Source of the DNA: Dehalococcoidia bacterium
GTDB taxonomy: Bacteria; Chloroflexota; Dehalococcoidia; UBA2979
Assembly (NCBI GenBank): GCA_965198045.1
Contig: CBDAOL010000011.1
Coordinates: forward strand, 130,704-194,703
DNA: 64,000 nucleotides
Direction of reading: 5' to 3'
The translations under genes and the position numbers were made by a program. The notes under the pieces are model-generated. The model made no database searches and was not told the DNA's origin. It was given only the letters and a program-made list of their open reading frames with translations. Shown here piece by piece: positions 59,220 through 64,000 of this stretch; the stretch's first letter is position 1, and every line of letters begins with the position of its first letter.

Positions 59220-60107
59220 CTACGCCACCCTCGTCAGCCAGTCGCGGATCACCGTCTGCGCCGCCGGGTACTGCGTGATGGCGTGGTCGGCGTCGGGGAT
59301 GGCGTGGAACTCGATCTCGCCGATGCCGTCGCGTAGCGCTTCCCCGTCTGAGAACGGGACGACCGAGTCCGCGTCGCCGTGGACGATCAACTTCGGCGCG
59401 TCGATAGAGGCGATCTCGTCGAAGCTCGAGGTGAAGTCGTAGCCCACGAAGGCCGCGTAGTTGCGGACGCTGCCGCGCCAGTAGCGGAAGAGATCCTCGT
59501 CCGAGACATCGGCGACCGCCTCCAAGTACGCGTCGCGCGCCTCGGCGGCCCGCTGGGCCATGAGGGAGTTCGGATTGCCGACCGTCGAGCGCTGGGGCGG
59601 GTCGATCAGCGCGTGCTTCGCCTCCGCGAAGACCGCTTCCGCGCCGTCCGCGTCCACGCGTTCGACGATCTGGCGGAACATCTGACCCCAGGGCGTCTCG
59701 AACATCAGCCGCGGGCCGGTGTTGAGCAGCGCCAGCGCCGAGACCGTCTCCGGGAAGCTCAGCGCGTACTGCTGAGCCACCATGCCGCCCATCGAGGAGC
59801 CGACGATGATGGCGCGGTCGTGTCCGAGGTGCGCCAGCAACGCCCGCGCGTCGGTGGCGATGTCTTCGAGGTTGTAGGCCTCGTTGATCGTGTACTCGGA
59901 CTGGCCGGCGCAGCGCCGGTCGTGCGTGAGCAGCTGCACCTGGTCGAGCGGCGCCGCGTCGGTGATCGCTTGCGCGTTCGCCTCGCCGGGCGTGCCGGTG
60001 ATGGTCGTGCCCGCGCCGCCGAAGCCACCATGGATGAAGAGCACCGGCGTGCCAGTCCCCTGGACTGCATAGGCCATCTCGAACCCGTTGATCGTCGCTG
60101 TCGGCAT
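59220..60107 (-). CDS. Alpha/beta hydrolase
   Basis: VLFIHGGFGG; nucleophile elbow GSSMGG; HGDADSVVP. Confidence 0.85.
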   Translation of the reverse strand: MPTATINGFEMAYAVQGTGTPVLFIHGGFGGAGTTITGTPGEANAQAITDAAPLDQVQLLTHDRRCAGQSEYTINEAYNLEDIATDARALLAHLGHDRAIIVGSSMGGMVAQQYALSFPETVSALALLNTGPRLMFETPWGQMFRQIVERVDADGAEAVFAEAKHALIDPPQRSTVGNPNSLMAQRAAEARDAYLEAVADVSDEDLFRYWRGSVRNYAAFVGYDFTSSFDEIASIDAPKLIVHGDADSVVPFSDGEALRDGIGEIEFHAIPDADHAITQYPAAQTVIRDWLTRVA

Positions 60108-60244
60108 GCCGTGCCTCCGTTCCCGGCGCGCAGTGTAGCTCGACGTGTCGCGCGTCGAGGGGTGGGCCAGCCGCGACGACCGTCGAGGCGGCTACGCTGG
60201 CCTCGCAGCGAGCGCGTCGCTCGCCGCGTAGCTGGAGCCTCGCC

Positions 60245-61513
60245 GTGGCCATCTATCTCGTCCTGCTCGTGTTCCTGATCCTTCTCTCGGCGTTCTTCTC
60301 GTCGGCGGAGACCGCGTTCCTGTCGCTGCAGCGCGTGCGCCTGCAGCACCAGGTGCAGGAGGGCGTGCCGGGCGCCGCGAGGGTGGCGAGCCTCCTCGAG
60401 CGGCCGCAGAGCCTGCTCTCCGCGATCTTGCTCGGCAACAACCTCGTCAACACCGCGGCTGCCGCCGTCGGCACAGCCGTGGCGACCGAGGTGGTGGCGG
60501 GCGGCGGTGGTGTACTCGCCGCCACGGTTGTGATGACGGTGTTGCTCGTGATCTTCGGCGAGGTCACGCCCAAAGCCGCCGCACTCAGCCGCCCGAGCGG
60601 GCTGAGCCGTGCCTACGCGGTGCCGATGGAGGTCTGGGGGCGCGTGACGAGGCCGATCGGCTGGGCGCTCGACCATCTCGCGGCGGCGCTGCAGCGCGCC
60701 ATCGGCGGCCCCGAGTCGCACGACGGCGCGACGCTGACCACCGCGGAGATCCGCACGGCGATCCAGATTGGCGCCGAAGCAGGAGCCATCGAGACGGTGC
60801 AGTCGAGCCGCCTGCTGGGCGCGCTTACCCTCGACCGGCGGCAGGTGCAGGAGATCATGATCTCCCGCATCGACATGACCGCCTGCGAGGCCGAAGACAG
60901 CGCCGCCGAGGTGGCCCAGCGCTTCGCCACCTCGCGGTTCCAGCGACTGCCGGTCTACCGCGAGCAACCCGACCAGGTGGTCGGCTACGTCCACGTCAGC
61001 GACCTCAACGCGGCGCAACTCGATGGCCTGGGCAACCGTCGCGCGGGCGACCTGATGCGTACCGTCACCTTCGAGTCGGAGCACGCCTCGATCGCGCGCG
61101 TGCTCGAGGTGATGCAGGAGCATGCGACCTACCTCGTGATGCTGGTCGACGAATTCGGCGTGACCTCCGGTCTGGTCACCCTCGAGGACATCATGGAAGA
61201 GGTCGTCGGTGAGCTGCGCTCGGAGAGTGGCGCGACTCCTGCGCGCGATGACTCCATCCGCCGCGAGGACGGCGCGACGATCGTCGAGGGATCGCACCTC
61301 CTCGTCGACCTCTCGAACGAGCTCGGTGCCGACTTCACGGACATCGAGGGCAACACGGTCGCCGGCCTGGTGCTCGCCTACCTGCGCCACTTTCCCGAGA
61401 TGGGCGAGTACGCCGAGCACGCGGGCTACCGCTTCACCGTGCTCGAGGCGGGCGAGCGGCGGATCACCCGCGTCGCCGTCGAGCGTTCCACCACACCGGG
61501 GGCCAGCGAGTGA
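60245..61513 (+). CDS. Hemolysin-family/CNNM protein (DUF21 TM domain, CBS pair, CorC_HlyC)
   Basis: Four TM helices, then a CBS pair and the transporter-associated C-terminal domain. Confidence 0.85.
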   Translation: MAIYLVLLVFLILLSAFFSSAETAFLSLQRVRLQHQVQEGVPGAARVASLLERPQSLLSAILLGNNLVNTAAAAVGTAVATEVVAGGGGVLAATVVMTVLLVIFGEVTPKAAALSRPSGLSRAYAVPMEVWGRVTRPIGWALDHLAAALQRAIGGPESHDGATLTTAEIRTAIQIGAEAGAIETVQSSRLLGALTLDRRQVQEIMISRIDMTACEAEDSAAEVAQRFATSRFQRLPVYREQPDQVVGYVHVSDLNAAQLDGLGNRRAGDLMRTVTFESEHASIARVLEVMQEHATYLVMLVDEFGVTSGLVTLEDIMEEVVGELRSESGATPARDDSIRREDGATIVEGSHLLVDLSNELGADFTDIEGNTVAGLVLAYLRHFPEMGEYAEHAGYRFTVLEAGERRITRVAVERSTTPGASE

Positions 61514-62271
61514 GCGTCGACGCAGTCATCTTCGACTGGGGTGGAACGCTGACGCCATTCGCGTCGATCGAGATGGAAGACATGTGGCGGCTCGCCGCGC
61601 AGCACATCGCAGAGCACCACCAGCTCGACGGCACGTCCGAGCTCGACGCCACTCTCGACGCCACCGAGGACGAGATCACGCGTCGCCTCATGGACGTGGA
61701 GCGGGCGTTCTGGGACCGCACCGAGTCCGATGCTCGCGCTGGGTCGCTCAGCGACCTGCTCGCCGACGCCACACGCACGCTCGGCGTCGATGTCGCCGAG
61801 GCGGTGCTCGAGGAGGCCGGCGTCCGCTACCTCGACGCCTGGACGCCACACATCACTCACGACGACGAGGCCGTCGAGGTCATCGCTGCGTTGCGGTCGC
61901 GCGGTCTGCGTGTCGGCCTGCTCTCGAACACGCACTGGCCGCGGACCTTCCACGAGCGGTTCTTGGAGCGTGACGGGCTCGCCGAGCTGATCGAGGTGCG
62001 TTGTTACACCAGCGAGATGACGCACATGAAACCGCATGCCGACGCCTTCCGCGTCCCGCTGGAGGCCCTGGGCAACGTCGATCCTCGGCGGGCGGTGATG
62101 GTGGGCGATCGACCGTTCGACGACATCCACGGCGCGAAGCAGCTGGGCATGCGCGCCGTGCTACGACCCAACGACGATGTCCCCGGCTACAATGTCACGC
62201 CCGACGCCGAGATCGACGCCCTGCACGAGTTGCTGCCGCTGATCGACGCTTGGATGGAGGCCTCCGAGTGA
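61510..62271 (+). CDS. HAD-family hydrolase
   Basis: DAVIFDWGGTL motif I; …LSNT… motif II; GDRPFDDIHGA motifs III and IV. Confidence 0.8.
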   Translation: MSVDAVIFDWGGTLTPFASIEMEDMWRLAAQHIAEHHQLDGTSELDATLDATEDEITRRLMDVERAFWDRTESDARAGSLSDLLADATRTLGVDVAEAVLEEAGVRYLDAWTPHITHDDEAVEVIAALRSRGLRVGLLSNTHWPRTFHERFLERDGLAELIEVRCYTSEMTHMKPHADAFRVPLEALGNVDPRRAVMVGDRPFDDIHGAKQLGMRAVLRPNDDVPGYNVTPDAEIDALHELLPLIDAWMEASE

Positions 62272-63101
62272 CCGACCTGCACGCCCCCGACCCCGCCGCA
62301 CCGCACCCACTGCTGGTCACCACCGAATGGCTGGCGGAACATGTCGATGACCCCGAGCTCGTGCTAATCGATGCCGGCGAGCCGCTGGCCTACCGCCGCG
62401 CACACGTGCCCCGCGCCGTGAGCGTTCCCCACCCCTACCTGAAGGGCGAAGGCAGCGCGCTGGTCATGGAGGCGCCGACCTTCGAGGCGCTCGCGCAGCG
62501 CCGGGGCGTGTCCGCCGACTCGCCGGTCGTGATCTACGACGACAACGCCTCGTTGCACTCCGCCCGCGTCTGGTGGGTCTTCCGCCTCTACGGGCACGAA
62601 CGCGTGCGCGTCCTCGACGGCGGTCTCAACGCCTGGCTCGACGAGGGCCGCGCGCTCACCTCGGCGCCCGGCCGTCCCGAGCCCGGCACCTTCGAGGCGC
62701 GGACCGACCCCACGCAGCTCTGCACGATCGACGAGCTGCGCTCCGAACTCGAGGGCGATGTCGCGATCTGGGATACGCGCGCCGATGGCGAATGGGACGG
62801 CTCGGACGCACGGGGCAACGCACGCGTGGGCCGCGTGCCCGGCTCGGTCCACCTCGAGTGGCGTCACCTGATGCAGGGCCCGCCGGCGCGGCGCTTCCGC
62901 GCGCTCGACGAGATCCGCACTGCGCTCCTCGAGGCCGGTCTCGATCCCGACGCGCCGACCGTCAGCTACTGCCAGGCCGGCATCCGCGGCGCCTTCGGCG
63001 CGTTCATCCTCGCGCTCATGGGCAACGACGATGTCCGCAACTACGACGGCTCGATGGGCGAGTGGGCCAACCGCGAGGACACACCGCTGGTGCTCGCGTA
63101 G
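62268..63101 (+). CDS. Thiosulfate/3-mercaptopyruvate sulfurtransferase (tandem rhodanese domains)
   Basis: GTG start overlapping the HAD gene stop; active-site CQAGIRGA in the second rhodanese module. Confidence 0.8.
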   Translation: MTDLHAPDPAAPHPLLVTTEWLAEHVDDPELVLIDAGEPLAYRRAHVPRAVSVPHPYLKGEGSALVMEAPTFEALAQRRGVSADSPVVIYDDNASLHSARVWWVFRLYGHERVRVLDGGLNAWLDEGRALTSAPGRPEPGTFEARTDPTQLCTIDELRSELEGDVAIWDTRADGEWDGSDARGNARVGRVPGSVHLEWRHLMQGPPARRFRALDEIRTALLEAGLDPDAPTVSYCQAGIRGAFGAFILALMGNDDVRNYDGSMGEWANREDTPLVLA

Positions 63102-63108
63102 CCCTCGG

Positions 63109-64000
63109 CTAGTTGCCGGCTGCCACCTCGGCGGTGCGGGCCAGGGCGGTTCGGCGCCGCTCGGCGCTGACGAGCACGCTGAGCATCGCCACCAAGACCA
63201 GCACCCCGACGAAGGCGAGCGCCAGGAAGGTAGCGGCCGTGTCGTAGCGCTCGGTGATCAACCCCGTCACGGAGCTCGCCAGCGAGCCGACCCCAAAGAT
63301 CAGGGTGAACGAGATGCCGAAGGCGCTACCGACGGAGCCCTCGGGCGCATAGTCAGTGATCAGGCCGTTGATCACGGGCTGCTGAGCGAAGTTGGCCACC
63401 ACGAACCCGACCGCCGCGAGCAGCAGCGCGAACCCGACCGACAGCGACATTAGGAAGAGGAACAGCGGAATCAGCAGCGTGAAGGGCACGATCGCGCGCT
63501 CGGCCGAGACCCGATCGCTGAGCCAGCCGCCCGCGAACTGGCCGAACACGGCGAACAGCAGCACCAGCGCAGTCATCGCGCCCGCGACTGCCTCGGCGTC
63601 CCAGCCGAGGATGGAGATGCGCAGATGCTGTTCGAGGTGGGTGGCGAAGAACGTCAGCGCGCCGCGGTAGATGAACCCGGTGCCGATCGCGGCGGCGAAG
63701 ATCACGAGCAGCGGTCCGCTGAACCAGCTGCGCTGCGCCGGCGGCGTGGTGCGCGGGTGCTGCGGCGGCGCCTCGCGCAGCGCCACCTGCCGATCGGCGA
63801 CGGCCTGCGCCGCCTCGTCCCGGTCGGGGGCCAGCCGCCAGACGAGGAACGCGACCGTCGCCGCCAGCGCGGCGAACACGAGGTAAGCGACGCGCCAATC
63901 GGCCGCGATGGCGACGCCGATCGCGAGCGCCGGAGCCAGCGCGATGCCGATGTTGCCGGCGACGCCGTGGCTCGCCAGCGCCAGTCCGCGCCTCGTCGCC
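63109..64000 (-). CDS. MFS transporter (partial; N-terminal half runs off the window end)
   Basis: C-terminal six TM helices in ORF 63109..63879; the frame continues upstream (…GVAGNIGIALAPALAIGVAIAADWRVAYLVF) to the window edge. Confidence 0.7.
   Translation of the reverse strand, partial: ATRRGLALASHGVAGNIGIALAPALAIGVAIAADWRVAYLVFAALAATVAFLVWRLAPDRDEAAQAVADRQVALREAPPQHPRTTPPAQRSWFSGPLLVIFAAAIGTGFIYRGALTFFATHLEQHLRISILGWDAEAVAGAMTALVLLFAVFGQFAGGWLSDRVSAERAIVPFTLLIPLFLFLMSLSVGFALLLAAVGFVVANFAQQPVINGLITDYAPEGSVGSAFGISFTLIFGVGSLASSVTGLITERYDTAATFLALAFVGVLVLVAMLSVLVSAERRRTALARTAEVAAGN

Overview
This 64 kb window comes from a bacterial genome with about 70% GC, probably Actinobacteria or Chloroflexi. 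Genes are dense on both strands. I call about 60 protein genes, one tRNA-His and one IS1182-family insertion sequence, and I see no rRNA or CRISPR array.

Most of the content is housekeeping or accessory metabolism:
- five MFS transporters;
- two acyl-CoA dehydrogenases, and a beta-oxidation-like cluster (a MaoC/hotdog hydratase pair, an SCP2-type thiolase with a DUF35 protein, an acyl-CoA synthetase, an enoyl-CoA hydratase, and a double CaiB/BaiF CoA-transferase);
- a divergently arranged Fe(III)-type ABC importer;
- mgtE, a MscS channel, a Ca/Na antiporter, argC, arfB, two clpS paralogues, a mobA/yqeC pair, and an ECF sigma/anti-sigma pair.

The features that stand out are:
- A secreted protein of more than 1,200 aa (11328..15019) with seven tandem 111-aa PPC-like repeats, two prealbumin-like domains and a poly-(DDDG) tail. 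It sits next to the IS element, and its 3' end is broken by an in-frame TAG, two frameshifts and an 11-nt tandem duplication.
- A compositionally atypical orphan gene of about 272 aa (51582..52400, roughly 60% GC, no family I recognise). This is my best candidate for a horizontally acquired, undescribed function, possibly defence-like.
- An XRE regulator, ABC exporter and 59-aa Cys-rich membrane peptide cassette (56662..59152).
- A TTAGGG-CA-CCCTAA operator-like palindrome and a 37-aa membrane ORF in the promoter region of the iron importer.

At least 12 otherwise well-conserved genes carry frameshifts, including four consecutive genes at 2.2-5.9 kb. This points to either indel errors in the assembly or active gene decay, and it should be resolved before any pseudogene call is trusted. 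All assignments are from reading the translated ORFs against remembered family signatures; no database search was possible.
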